Positions 1-9,648 of a stretch of DNA of 64,000 bases are shown here, in pieces. The translations under genes and the position numbers were made by a program. This DNA comes from Patescibacteria group bacterium. GTDB lineage: Bacteria; Patescibacteriota; Dojkabacteria; JAHIVN01. Position 1 is the first letter of the stretch, and each line of letters starts with the position of its first letter. The notes below the pieces were generated by a model. That model had not been told where the DNA came from and made no database searches. It saw only the letters and a list, made by a program, of their open reading frames with translations. The DNA is taken from NCBI GenBank assembly GCA_043816305.1, contig JBDRHZ010000023.1, forward strand, positions 7,720 to 71,719, given 5' to 3'.

Positions 1-461
1 TCAATAACTACAATATCAATTCCCCCGCTTCTAACAAGAGTTTCTAAAATTTCAAGAGCCTGTTCTCCAAAATCCGGCTGTGATATGTACAAATTATCTA
101 CATCAACCCCCAGTCTTTTTGAATACTTGGGGTCAAGAGCATGTTCAGCATCTATAAACGCAGCGGTCCCCCCTGCTTTTTGTGACTCTGCAACAATATG
201 CAAGGCAAGAGTCGTCTTTCCAGAAGCTTCCGGACCATATATTTCTATGATTCTACCCTTTGGAACTCCTCCAATACCTAGTGCAACATCCAAAGAAAGT
301 GCCCCAGTTGAAATCGCATCTATGTCTTGCCTCACATCGTCTCCAAGTTTCATTATTGAGCCCTTTCCGAAACGTTTTTCTATTTGACTTTTCGCTATTT
401 CGAGAGCCTTCATCTTCTCGGAGCTTTGCGGTGGGGATTTCTTTGTACTTGCTTTAGCCAT
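1..461 (-). CDS. recA: Recombinase RecA, N-terminal ~153 codons (gene continues past the left window edge)
   Basis: Reverse-complement translation from ATG at 459-461 reads [42 protein letters not shown]...[24 protein letters not shown] (Walker A)...[13 protein letters not shown]. It is absent from the ORF track because it has no stop inside the window. Confidence 0.95.
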   Translation of the reverse strand, partial: MAKASTKKSPPQSSEKMKALEIAKSQIEKRFGKGSIMKLGDDVRQDIDAISTGALSLDVALGIGGVPKGRIIEIYGPEASGKTTLALHIVAESQKAGGTAAFIDAEHALDPKYSKRLGVDVDNLYISQPDFGEQALEILETLVRSGGIDIVVI

Positions 462-607
462 AACAAAATATAATTAAATAAAATATAGCTTGTAAAAAAA
501 TACACTATTTGGGGCAGATGTGTCCAAATGATTTACTCAGAACGTATAAACAAGAATAACAAGTTAGCGCAAAAAGGTCAATAGGTATTCTGGGGAAATT
601 GGAAATT

Positions 608-1807
608 TTAGACGATCTCTACATACGTACTTACAACCCAGCCTTCTTTTCCGTTTGCGCTTATCTTATAATAACCATCTTGCGTCTCAAGAACAATAAA
701 CCTCTCACCTGGAACAACTTTTGTTATAACATCACCTAGCCCAGGTGTACTTCGAACATTCAGATACCCCACTGGGTTATCAGTAACCTCGATAATCTCC
801 TGTTCTCCTTTATCAATTGATAGTCGAATCTTGAAACTTGTATTTTTCAAAACGTTTCCCCCCGAATCAGTAATAACAAAATCTTCACTTTTTTCGGGCG
901 GGAAAAGTGGAACCCCTACTTTGACAATAATCTCTTTCTCTTCTTCTAGAGCAAGCCTTTCCCCGCTTTGAAGAAGTGCTACCTGATATGGACTGTCCCA
1001 CTCGCTAGGTAAATAAAAAGTACTTCTAGCGCCTTCTTTCAGTGATATGAAAACATTTGTACTTGAATATATGTTATAGTCACCGACATTCTTTACTTTT
1101 ATTCTAACCTCAGCTGTCTCACCAATCTTAACCTTCTCTTTGGGAACAACAACATCAACAATCTCAACTTTATATGTTCTTTTCTTTGGAGAATAGTTCC
1201 CTGCAATTGAGTCTAGGAGTTTTGCAAAATCTGACTTAGCTTCTTTGTCAGCATCTACTAACTGAGTTTTATCCATCTCTCCCTTCTCCCCGAGTTCATA
1301 GCCTAATTGCCAAATACCTACCTTTTTAGGGCTGATACCATAGCTGTTCATACTTTCTAAAAGGATATCTTTTATCGATCCCGCCGAAGCAGCACCCAGT
1401 TTCCCAGTACTCCCAGGAATGTAGGCAATAAATAAAGCATCGGACTCTCCTCCAAGTTCGATTTTGGCCTCTGCACCCAGTTTATTACCACCGTAAACCT
1501 TACCATCCCATGTAACTACATAATGAAAGGGAAAATCTCCAAAACCAGACCTAGTAGCAAAATAGTAGTAAAAATTCCTTATGAAGTCATCTGAGTTGCT
1601 TATATAATCGTCCGCTGTCTTGAAGACAATTAAATTTATCTTTGTTGGATACGCATACTCCTCTTTTGTAACAACGATGTTTTCATCTGCGCCCCAAGCA
1701 TCTCTTTCAATTGAACCTGCTTTGACACTATTGGGTACCAGTAAACAGACAGCAATAAAGCAAAAAGCAGAAAAGAATATATTTTGAACAGCTTTAAATC
1801 TTTGCAT
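608..1807 (-). CDS. Secreted protein: signal peptide, PGRP/Amidase_2-like domain with substituted metal-ligand positions, beta-sandwich middle region, C-terminal SH3b domain
   Basis: N-terminus MQRFKAVQNIFFSAFCFIAVCLLVPNSVKA looks like a signal peptide. FPFHYVVTWDGKVYGGNKLG resembles the DIGYhFlvd.dG.vyeGR core of Amidase_2. The C-terminus GYLNVRSTPGLGDVITKVVPGERFIVLETQDGYYKI...GWV is SH3b-like. Confidence 0.55.
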   Translation of the reverse strand: MQRFKAVQNIFFSAFCFIAVCLLVPNSVKAGSIERDAWGADENIVVTKEEYAYPTKINLIVFKTADDYISNSDDFIRNFYYYFATRSGFGDFPFHYVVTWDGKVYGGNKLGAEAKIELGGESDALFIAYIPGSTGKLGAASAGSIKDILLESMNSYGISPKKVGIWQLGYELGEKGEMDKTQLVDADKEAKSDFAKLLDSIAGNYSPKKRTYKVEIVDVVVPKEKVKIGETAEVRIKVKNVGDYNIYSSTNVFISLKEGARSTFYLPSEWDSPYQVALLQSGERLALEEEKEIIVKVGVPLFPPEKSEDFVITDSGGNVLKNTSFKIRLSIDKGEQEIIEVTDNPVGYLNVRSTPGLGDVITKVVPGERFIVLETQDGYYKISANGKEGWVVSTYVEIV

Positions 1808-1850
1808 ATTTGTTCTATTCTAACATCTTCCGAAATTCTTTGAAACACTT

Positions 1851-2786
1851 TCAAAGCGCTGCTATAAAGAGATCCAAAACAAGTTTTTCCTCAAACTTCC
1901 CTTCCTTCACAACTAAATCTGTATTCAAAAGTTTCTGATACAATCTCCTCAACTTCTGAAAGCTAAAATTCCCCGCATGAACTACTGATTTTTTAACAAC
2001 GAAAGGATGTAAATGAAGTTTACTAACAATTTCAGATTGACTCCTGCCTATCTTAAGCAAATATTTGGTCATGACTAGAATCCTAAGCTGTCTAGTAAGC
2101 ATGCCAATAATTTTTACGAAGTCACCAGTATCTTTGATGATATCCTCTAGAATTGCTAAGGCCCTTGACTTGTCATATTCTCCCAAAGCGTCAACTAGAT
2201 CCCACATACTTTCCTCTACTGTTTTTTCAACAAAAGAAACCACATCATCCTCCAATAGTTTTGTCCTTCCTTCTGATTTTACCAGAGTAACAAGATTATC
2301 TAACATATTAGAGAGCTGCATTTGGTCATCCCCCAATTTTAGGATAAGCCTGTCAAGACTAATCTGGTCGAAATCAATTTTTTCTTTTGCGTATTTATGC
2401 AACCAGCTTTTAAGTTGAAAATAAGTTAGCTTCTGGAACTCCTCAATATTGCCGGTTCTTTTGATGTCCTTATAAAGAGATCTCCTCTTATCCAAAGATC
2501 TATCCTCCCAAAAGATACAATTGCACTTCTGCTTAGACTTCAGCAGATCTGCTATCTTCTCGATAAATGGGGCCTTTGACGTGAAAAGCCTCTTGATAAC
2601 AATGAGTTTTTCTTGGTTAAATAAAGAGAAACTTTCAACATTTGCGGCGATCTCGCTTGGGTCTGTCATCTCGTCAGCATTAAATATCTTTACTATACCA
2701 GCAGATCTGTCTATAAACTCACTTTTGAGTTCTTCCAGCCTTCTTTGACTCTCATATATATTCTCACCGCCTATTAGATAAAGCAT
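1851..2786 (-). CDS. holA: DNA polymerase III delta subunit
   Basis: A ~311-316 aa ORF. The N-terminus MLYLIGGENIYESQRRLEELK is typical of HolA, and the C-terminal helical region has length and layout fitting delta subunits. The track start at 2801 is TTG; the ATG at 2786 is preferred. Confidence 0.75.
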   Translation of the reverse strand: MLYLIGGENIYESQRRLEELKSEFIDRSAGIVKIFNADEMTDPSEIAANVESFSLFNQEKLIVIKRLFTSKAPFIEKIADLLKSKQKCNCIFWEDRSLDKRRSLYKDIKRTGNIEEFQKLTYFQLKSWLHKYAKEKIDFDQISLDRLILKLGDDQMQLSNMLDNLVTLVKSEGRTKLLEDDVVSFVEKTVEESMWDLVDALGEYDKSRALAILEDIIKDTGDFVKIIGMLTRQLRILVMTKYLLKIGRSQSEIVSKLHLHPFVVKKSVVHAGNFSFQKLRRLYQKLLNTDLVVKEGKFEEKLVLDLFIAAL

Positions 2787-2837
2787 ATCTTGAATTGACA
2801 ATATTTAACTATGGCAATCGTAAAGCAAAATTACGTT

Positions 2838-2910
2838 AATTTTGTTTTGTAAGTTTGACGTATCTTCGACGATAAAACAAATTTCATAAAACACGCAACT
2901 TTGTTTTTGA
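2838..2910 (-). repeat. Dispersed intergenic repeat, copy A (related to 48689-48777)
   Basis: The reverse complement reads TCAAAAACAAAGTTGCG..GAAATTTGTTTTATCGTCGAAGATACGTCAAACTTACAAAACAAAATT. This matches copy B at 14/14 nt plus about 39/44 nt, in the same orientation relative to the downstream gene. Confidence 0.8.
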
Positions 2911-2996
2911 ATCGGTATACCTGGAATCATAGTACATAGACAACAGCCTGTCTAGGGATCTCACACAGATATCCTAATCCGAAGGTTTCAAGAAAT

Positions 2997-4709
2997 TTAT
3001 TTAGAAAAATTTCTCCTTACCACCGATATAAGTTTGGTTATCATACCAACTTCAGGATCTTTAAATATGTACGCTAGCCAAAGATAGAGACAGGAACCCG
3101 AAACCATCGTGGAGGAGGTAAGTATAAGTACGTTGATTGTCCTTGCAGTATCTAGAACTTCATCCCACATCTTAAACAAAACATACATGAAAACTGCCAT
3201 TACAAGCCCAAACATTATTTTTTTAATTATTGCTCCCCAAAATCTAAGTCCACCAAGACTACCAATTTTCTTTCTCAGTAATATCATGAGCAATCCAAAA
3301 GAAGTTGAATAAATGATGCTTGAACTAAGAGCAAGTCCACCGATTGCTGAAATGCCGTCAACTTTTGACTTAAAAAATTCTGGGTTCCAGTATATAATTC
3401 TTAGTGAAAAATCATCAAAGTGGCTGAAATAGTTAGTGAAGAGAAGTCCTGTAACGATTCCACCAACTACTGTAAAGATTCCAACTAAAAGTGGTCGCAC
3501 AGTATCATGCATTGCAAAAAACACCCTGTTCAAGAAAACGAGCATTACTTCCGGTATAAGTCCTAGTGAGAAGAAAAACACTACCCATGCAACCATAAGT
3601 GTGTTTTCCCAGGAAAATTCATTCCCCATAAGACCATATAAAAGACGAACCAACGGCAATCTGAGCACAAGAAAAATCATCGTAACAGGAACAGTGAGAA
3701 ATAAGATCTGATTAAAAACCTTTGAGAACATAGTAACAAAGCCCTTGATATCCTTCTTTGCATACATCCCTGAAAGAAATGGTAGTGCTGCAACTGAAAA
3801 GGTATGCGAAAAAAGGGAAAATGGCATAGAAACAAGACTGACTGCAAGCTGATATGCACCCAGAGGAGTAGCCCCTAGACCTATCGCAAGCACTCTGTCA
3901 ATGGCCAAAGCGATTTGATCCGCTGCAAGGGAAAAAATCCTAGGGAAACTGATGGTAAATGCCTCACGCAGCCTCTTGCTTGCCAGATCAATTGTAAACT
4001 TATACTTTATCTTCAAGTGACTGCCCAGAGGCAGCTGGATAAGAAGATGCAGTACGGAGCCCAACAACACTCCCCAGGTGATACCCCAGGCGCTTTGACC
4101 AAGAAGCGGGATAATAACAGCTGCACCAAATAATATACCTAGATTATAAAACAAAGGAGCCAATTGAGGAATTACAAACCTTTTATATGCGTTCAGTGCA
4201 CTTGAAAGAAAACTGCTTATTCCCAAGATCACTTGCGGAAGAAGAAGCCATTTCATCATATCGCTGATCATACCAATCTGTTCCTGAGTAAAGGGGTCTA
4301 CTGGTTTTGCTATTTTCTCAATTACAAAAGGCGTGATATCATCCGCAAGCAGGAGGACAAAGACAGAAATAGCAACAAAAGCAAGAAGCCCTACATTTAT
4401 GATAGAGCTAAATAGCCTAGAGAAGGACTTCAGATCTTTCTCTTCAATTTCCTCAACCAGAACAGGGATAATTACTGAAGTAATACTTCCAAAGATGAAA
4501 AGCATGGAGAGTGTTTCGGGAATAGTATTTGCTGCAACAAATATTCCATATTTCTCAGCTCCAAGCTGGGAAACCATGATTGTCTTCGTAAGCAATCCAA
4601 CGATTTTGCTAATCAAAATAAGCACCATCATGATCGCAGACGCTGACAATATGGTCGGCTGTTCCTTTGTGAAAAACTTTTTCCCGTTGGAAAAAAGATA
4701 GTCTAACAT
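2997..4709 (-). CDS. murJ: Lipid II flippase MurJ/MviN
   Basis: 570-aa polytopic membrane ORF. The N-terminus ...ILSASAIMMVLILISKIVGLLTKTIMVSQLGAEKYGIFVAANTIPETL is characteristic of the MviN/MurJ family. Confidence 0.85.
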   Translation of the reverse strand: MLDYLFSNGKKFFTKEQPTILSASAIMMVLILISKIVGLLTKTIMVSQLGAEKYGIFVAANTIPETLSMLFIFGSITSVIIPVLVEEIEEKDLKSFSRLFSSIINVGLLAFVAISVFVLLLADDITPFVIEKIAKPVDPFTQEQIGMISDMMKWLLLPQVILGISSFLSSALNAYKRFVIPQLAPLFYNLGILFGAAVIIPLLGQSAWGITWGVLLGSVLHLLIQLPLGSHLKIKYKFTIDLASKRLREAFTISFPRIFSLAADQIALAIDRVLAIGLGATPLGAYQLAVSLVSMPFSLFSHTFSVAALPFLSGMYAKKDIKGFVTMFSKVFNQILFLTVPVTMIFLVLRLPLVRLLYGLMGNEFSWENTLMVAWVVFFFSLGLIPEVMLVFLNRVFFAMHDTVRPLLVGIFTVVGGIVTGLLFTNYFSHFDDFSLRIIYWNPEFFKSKVDGISAIGGLALSSSIIYSTSFGLLMILLRKKIGSLGGLRFWGAIIKKIMFGLVMAVFMYVLFKMWDEVLDTARTINVLILTSSTMVSGSCLYLWLAYIFKDPEVGMITKLISVVRRNFSK

Positions 4710-4720
4710 CCCTTGCTGCT

Positions 4721-4729
4721 ATTTTACCA
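4721..4729 (-). promoter_or_regulatory. Candidate extended -10 element (TGGTAAAAT on the minus strand) upstream of murJ
   Basis: Plus-strand ATTTTACCA is the reverse complement of TGGTAAAAT, 11 nt upstream of the murJ ATG. The same TGnTAAAAT motif recurs upstream of other genes in the window. Confidence 0.35.
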
Positions 4730-4758
4730 AGATAAAGTGTATATTTTTGTAAGTAACC

Positions 4759-6888
4759 TTACTCCGATTCTTTCTGCTCCGGCTCGGATGCTCTCTTCAT
4801 TGAGAAGTTTATCCTTCCTTGATCATCAATCCCTATTACCTTTACCTTTACAGTTTCTCCAAGTTTGACTATGGATGACGCATCGGACACAAATTTATCT
4901 GCCATCTCGCTTATGTGAACCAGTCCAGATATTGCTGGCGAAACATCGACGAAAGCACCATAGGATTCTATCCTTGCTACCTTGCCTTCATATACCTTTC
5001 CAACCTCAGCTTCTTCAACAACACTATTTATCATTTCCAATGCTTTTTCTTTTGCCTCAGTTGAGATAGTAGCCACATGGACCTGTCCATCTGGCTTGAT
5101 ATCAATCTCGGCTCCAGTTTTTTCTGTTATTTCCTTGATAACCTTTCCTCCGGGACCTATGAGATCTCCTATCTTATCTATGCTTATCTTCAAAGTAGTG
5201 ATCTTTGGTGCATATTGAGATAATTCTTTCCTTGGCGAGTCAATAATCCCCTGCATAACCTCTAAAACGTGCTCTATACCTGCCTTTGCACTAGAAAGTG
5301 CTTCTTTGAGAATACTTATCGGCACTCCCTTTAGCTTGTTATCCATTTGAATTGCAGTAACGCCATCTTTGCTCCCAGTCACTTTGAAGTCCATATCCCC
5401 GTAAAAATCCTCGAAGTCCTGCATATCTGTTACTAAAACATGCTTTGACAGATCTTCTGAGGTAACAAGTCCAATCGCAATACCCGCAATAGGTTTTTTG
5501 ATAGGAACTCCGGCATCCATAAGTGCCAAGGTCGAGCCACAGGTTGCTGCCATAGAACTTGACCCCTGTTGAGACAATATTTCTGAAACTACTCTGATAG
5601 TGTATGGAAATTCCTCCTCCGAAGGTATCACCGGAAGTAATGCTTTCTCGGCCAATGCTCCATGTCCAACTTCCCTCCTGCCCGGATAATAATTATATCT
5701 TCCAGCTTCACCAAGAGAAAAACTCTGGCCATTATAATGATGCATATATTTTTTTGTTTCTTCGCCCTCAAGGCTCTCAACTATTTGCTCAAGTCTAGTT
5801 GAACCAATAGTCACAATAGAAAGAGACTGCGTAATTCCTCGAGAGAATAAGGCACTTCCATGGGTTCTTGGGAGTAACCCTACTTTCCCAGTAATTTCTC
5901 TGACCTCATCGAGCTTCCTTTCACTTGGCCTTCTATGATCCTCCAGAATCCCTTTTCTCACCCTTCCCTTCACAATCTTTTCGAGCATACCTGCAACTTC
6001 ACTCTTTGAGTACTCTATGTCTTCCCCTCCCATAATCTCATCAACAATCTTTGCAAAGGCAACACTTCTTTCTTCTCCGGGTATATTTCCCTTCAGATCA
6101 TATATAATAGTGTTAATTTGATCGCTGTACTTCTTCTCGATCATCTCCTTCAATTCAACCTTTACTTCTGCTTCAACAACTTCCATTACCTTAGGCTTCA
6201 GTTCGTCGACCAGTTCTTTCTGAAAGTTAATGAGAGTCTCGAAGAATTTAGCCCCGAAATCAAATGCATCTGCAATTTTTTCGTCTGCAACTTCCTTTGA
6301 GTCACTATCAACCATTACAATTCTGTCTTCATACCCAGAGAAAACCATATTCAGATCACTTCTTTCGAGTTGCTCACCCCCAGGATTTATGACAAATTCT
6401 CCATCTATCAGACCTACTCTTACTCCTGCAACCGGACCATCGAAAGGCACTCCACTGATGCATAGTGCTGCTGATGCAGCATTAATTCCCAATGTCGCTG
6501 GGTCATTCTTTTCATCAAAAGATAAGACGGTTACTACAACCTGAACTTCCTTACGGAAATTATCCGGAAAAAGCGGCCTGAAGGATCTGTCTATCATTCT
6601 AGCAGTCAAAACAGCATCTTCAGAAGGAAATCTTTCTCTCTTGACAAAACGTGATCCCGAAATTATCCCTCCTGCATAGAATTTCTCTATGTACTCAACA
6701 CTTAATGGAAAATAATCCCTGTCGGTATCCTCTTTTGATACAGCAACCGTAGCCAGAACAACAGTTTCCCCCATAGATGCAAGGATTGCTGCATTGGCTC
6801 TCGGAGCCAACTCGCCAACTTCAAAAGACAGCTTACTATTGTCAAAATCGACTGTTTTGACTATAGTTTTATTTTTGTTTTCTACCAT
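4759..6888 (-). CDS. pnp: Polyribonucleotide nucleotidyltransferase (PNPase)
   Basis: 709 aa with two RNase PH-like halves, a KH region (ISIDKIGDLIGPGGKVIKEITEKTGAEIDI) and a C-terminal S1 domain (VGKVYEGKVARIESYGAFVDV...GLVHISE). Confidence 0.95.
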   Translation of the reverse strand: MVENKNKTIVKTVDFDNSKLSFEVGELAPRANAAILASMGETVVLATVAVSKEDTDRDYFPLSVEYIEKFYAGGIISGSRFVKRERFPSEDAVLTARMIDRSFRPLFPDNFRKEVQVVVTVLSFDEKNDPATLGINAASAALCISGVPFDGPVAGVRVGLIDGEFVINPGGEQLERSDLNMVFSGYEDRIVMVDSDSKEVADEKIADAFDFGAKFFETLINFQKELVDELKPKVMEVVEAEVKVELKEMIEKKYSDQINTIIYDLKGNIPGEERSVAFAKIVDEIMGGEDIEYSKSEVAGMLEKIVKGRVRKGILEDHRRPSERKLDEVREITGKVGLLPRTHGSALFSRGITQSLSIVTIGSTRLEQIVESLEGEETKKYMHHYNGQSFSLGEAGRYNYYPGRREVGHGALAEKALLPVIPSEEEFPYTIRVVSEILSQQGSSSMAATCGSTLALMDAGVPIKKPIAGIAIGLVTSEDLSKHVLVTDMQDFEDFYGDMDFKVTGSKDGVTAIQMDNKLKGVPISILKEALSSAKAGIEHVLEVMQGIIDSPRKELSQYAPKITTLKISIDKIGDLIGPGGKVIKEITEKTGAEIDIKPDGQVHVATISTEAKEKALEMINSVVEEAEVGKVYEGKVARIESYGAFVDVSPAISGLVHISEMADKFVSDASSIVKLGETVKVKVIGIDDQGRINFSMKRASEPEQKESE

Positions 6889-7295
6889 AAGAAATTACTT
6901 GCGAAGCTCTGGCGGGGTTATAATATTGGGATTAAGTAAAAAAACTCTTGTCAAATTCCCTTACTTAACCACAATATTTAACCCTTACTATCGCTTCCTA
7001 AGTTTTACTAAAAATTTAACTTGATAAAGATTATATATCAATAATAATTCAAAAACAATAACAGCCAGGCATTGACATTTAAAAGACCTGATTGAAAATT
7101 AGAATACCAGCAAAACAGGCTATGGTTAAGAAGCCGGTTTCGTAGTTGGGTCATGGTTGTACTACAAATAATACTTGCCCTTGCCGTAACCGATACGGAC
7201 TTCATAACCTTAACCAGAACATAATATCCAAGGTAATTCGTAACATGTACCAGGCCTACAAAATACATTTACATCCTTCTCTTCAATCTTGTATA

Positions 7296-7763
7296 ATGAA
7301 AGCCATGAAAACAATGGGAATTGATTACGGCGACAAAAGAATCGGACTTGCAATCTCTGACGACACGGGATTCTTGGCAAGTCCTATACCTACACTCAAA
7401 GTGAATTCTCTCGCGGATGCTGTTTCAAAGATACAAAGAATAATCAAAAATCAGAAAATTGCAAGAGTAGTCCTAGGTCTTCCTCTTGGGCCCAAGCGAG
7501 AAGAGACTCAAAAATCGATACAAATCAGATATTTTGCAGATGCGCTGAAAACTACAAATGGAGCTGAAATTGACTTCTGGAATGAATATTATTCAACGAA
7601 AAGTGCCCAACAAAACCTAGCTGCAGGAACAAAGCGAAAGAAAAGAAATCTAGATAGTGAAGCCGCAAGGATAATACTTCAAGAGTACCTAGACAATATT
7701 AAAACCCCAAAAGATAAATTCTTTCCCCAAGGCTATGACCAATTACTCATGAACGCCCCTTGA
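7296..7763 (+). CDS. ruvX: Putative pre-16S rRNA nuclease / Holliday junction resolvase-like YqgF
   Basis: MKAMKTMGIDYGDKRIGLAISD... is the YqgF/RuvX N-terminal motif. The ORF-track start at 7146 adds 50 implausible residues. The conserved ruvX-mltG neighbourhood supports the call. Confidence 0.85.
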   Translation: MKAMKTMGIDYGDKRIGLAISDDTGFLASPIPTLKVNSLADAVSKIQRIIKNQKIARVVLGLPLGPKREETQKSIQIRYFADALKTTNGAEIDFWNEYYSTKSAQQNLAAGTKRKKRNLDSEAARIILQEYLDNIKTPKDKFFPQGYDQLLMNAP

Positions 7764-7832
7764 AATCCTGGCTGATTGACTCTGATGTTTAATAATAATA
7801 AAATCACTGTACTTTATATTAGCTGAAATTTT

Positions 7833-8903
7833 TTGATGAAAAAAATAATAATCTTTCTAATGATAATGATAGCGTTTTTTGGAATCACGGTTTTTTCAGT
7901 ATACAAATGGTACGAGAACCAGGTCGATCTTCCAGCGGGGGATTCTTCAAATATTATAGACATTGAGATCGAACAGGGGGAATCAATCAAGGAAATTGCA
8001 GTCAAGCTTCAAGCAGCAGGACTTATAAAAAATTCTGATGTTTTTTACTGGTATATTAAATTCGAAAAAATCGCACCGAACATCCAGGCTGGAAAGTTCC
8101 AAATTCCTCAAAACCTAACTATCGTTGAGGTTGCAGCTTTTCTACAGAAGGCTAGTGGGAATGATGTGTGGGTAACTATTCCTGAAGGTAAGAGGATTGA
8201 TGAGGTTGCCGAAATTTTAGATGAAAGATTTCTAAAGGAAGAAAACTCTATGTTTAATAAAAATGAATTCTTAAAGATTGTAGAAAATCCAGACGATTAT
8301 CAATTCAAGGCTGAAGTATTGATGTTCAAGCCTGCTGGTAAAAGCTTAGAAGGTTTCCTTTTTCCGGACACTTATAATGTGGAAAAGGACATTACCTCGA
8401 AAGAACTGGTAGATCTTTTCATAGATACACTTGAGAAAAAGCTCGAAACTGAGAACGTTGCACTTGACTCGCACAAAACTCTCAGTGTTTATGAAGTCAT
8501 CACACTTGCTTCGATAATCGAAAGAGAGGCCAGGTCAAGTGATGAAAGATACATGATTTCCGATATACTTCAAAGAAGACTTGCTGGAGATATGGATGGT
8601 GTGAAACTCCTTCAGACTGATGCGACATTATTATACGAACTAAAAGATTGGGAAGTGGTGATCACAGACGAGATAAAGAAAAACGATACAGAATATAATA
8701 CCTATACTCGAACCGGCCTGATCCCCACCCCGATATGTAATTCCGGTCTTGATTCTATAGAATCGGTTATGAACCCTACTGCAAACGAGTATTTTTTCTA
8801 CCTACACGACGACGAGGGGGATATACACTACGCAAAAACACTCGCAGCACACATAAATAATCAAAGATGCTATATCAATAAGAATACAGACTATTGTTTA
8901 TAG
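7833..8903 (+). CDS. mltG: Endolytic murein transglycosylase MltG (YceG family)
   Basis: N-terminal TM helix, then YceG hallmarks IPEGKRIDEVAEIL, LEGFLFPDTY and ASIIEREA. Confidence 0.9.
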   Translation: MMKKIIIFLMIMIAFFGITVFSVYKWYENQVDLPAGDSSNIIDIEIEQGESIKEIAVKLQAAGLIKNSDVFYWYIKFEKIAPNIQAGKFQIPQNLTIVEVAAFLQKASGNDVWVTIPEGKRIDEVAEILDERFLKEENSMFNKNEFLKIVENPDDYQFKAEVLMFKPAGKSLEGFLFPDTYNVEKDITSKELVDLFIDTLEKKLETENVALDSHKTLSVYEVITLASIIEREARSSDERYMISDILQRRLAGDMDGVKLLQTDATLLYELKDWEVVITDEIKKNDTEYNTYTRTGLIPTPICNSGLDSIESVMNPTANEYFFYLHDDEGDIHYAKTLAAHINNQRCYINKNTDYCL

Positions 8904-8942
8904 GAAGTTGATATAGTAAGCGAGAGGTATTAGAATGTAGGT

Positions 8943-9320
8943 ATGAAGTCTAGCCAGCCGACAAGAAAACTCAAGTCCTTTCGTCCTTCTTTCAGGATAA
9001 CTCTTCTACAAGGTGTTGTAATATTTATAACCCTGGCTGTCATTGCAGCTGTTCCTGCATCAATCGAGTACCTTATCAATTCAAACCATAAGTCTTCAAA
9101 TGAAGTAGCTGAGGTCCCAGGTGATAACTATACAGAGCAGTTCATCGTCAAGCTGCCAGTAACAGGAACAGACATTGATCTCTCGGCAGTCAAGAAAAAT
9201 CCCCAGCTTATAACATATGCAGGCCTTGGTTTCATATCTGTTGCTATACTTGTTGGCATGTCTTTTGCAAAAAATATGCTAGGTAAAAAGCCAGGAAATC
9301 CAGTCGCCTCCTCTGCATAA
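8943..9320 (+). CDS. Hypothetical membrane protein (two predicted TM helices)
   Basis: 125-aa ORF with hydrophobic stretches ITLLQGVVIFITLAVIAAV and YAGLGFISVAILVGMSF. No family recognised. Confidence 0.45.
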   Translation: MKSSQPTRKLKSFRPSFRITLLQGVVIFITLAVIAAVPASIEYLINSNHKSSNEVAEVPGDNYTEQFIVKLPVTGTDIDLSAVKKNPQLITYAGLGFISVAILVGMSFAKNMLGKKPGNPVASSA

Positions 9321-9382
9321 ATAAAGTCACTTTTGATAATATTGATTTCCTACTTGCTGGGATTTATAATCCAAAAGACTTG

Positions 9383-9391
9383 TGTTATAAT
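9383..9391 (+). promoter_or_regulatory. Candidate extended -10 promoter element (TGTTATAAT) for the tRNA-Lys transcript
   Basis: Exact TGnTATAAT consensus about 170 nt upstream of tRNA-Lys. If used, the GC-rich hairpin at 9467-9526 would lie in the leader. Confidence 0.35.
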
Positions 9392-9466
9392 TTTGTTCGC
9401 TCTTTAGAAGGAATTTGCTTGTCTGTGTTTACCATTCTCAAACATAAATTGTCTGTTTTGAGTTTT

Positions 9467-9526
9467 CCAGCCAGAGGCTGGCTTGCCTGCCGATCAGCAT
9501 GGTCCCTGTCTGCGCAGGCAGGCGCC
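9467..9526. repeat. GC-rich hairpin element (CCAGCC-aga-GGCTGG, then GCCTGCC ...25 nt... GGCAGGC)
   Basis: Two stems can be read directly: 9467-9481, and 9485-9491 pairing with 9517-9523. It is strongly GC-rich against an AT-rich background and shares the CCTGCC/CCTGTC motif with 13827-13848 and 34934-34970. Confidence 0.6.
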
Positions 9527-9561
9527 TTTTGCGGAGAGTTTTGAGATATTAGTTACCTGTT

Positions 9562-9633
9562 GGGGGTGTAGCTCAATGGTAGAGCAGTAGCCTTTTAAGC
9601 TATTGGTTGTGGGTTCGAGTCCCACCGCCCTCA
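9562..9633 (+). tRNA. tRNA-Lys (anticodon UUU)
   Basis: Manual cloverleaf: acceptor GGGGGTG/CGCCCTC, D arm GCTC-AATGGTA-GAGC, anticodon arm GTAGC-CTTTTAA-GCTAT, T arm GTGGG-TTCGAGT-CCCAC, discriminator A. No encoded CCA. Confidence 0.9.
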
Positions 9634-9648
9634 TTTCATTTAAACAAA

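Noticed and set aside
540-551. GAACGTATAAAC upstream of recA, considered as a LexA/Cheo box (GAAC-N4-GTTC)
   Set aside because: Only the first half-site matches, and the second half is AAAC rather than GTTC. No lexA gene is visible, so there is no support for an SOS operator.
6889-7295. Search for a missing rpsO (S15) gene or a known RNA (6S, RNase P, tmRNA) in the pnp-ruvX spacer
   Set aside because: No frame encodes the S15 signature (H..D.HS.RGL), and none of the remembered conserved RNA motifs could be located. Only a generic imperfect hairpin remains, which is reported separately at low interest.
9467-9526. GC-rich hairpin region upstream of tRNA-Lys, considered as an SRP (4.5S) RNA
   Set aside because: The conserved domain IV features (a GGAA-type tetraloop flanked by AGCAGC/GGUCC-type symmetric-loop residues) are not present on either strand.
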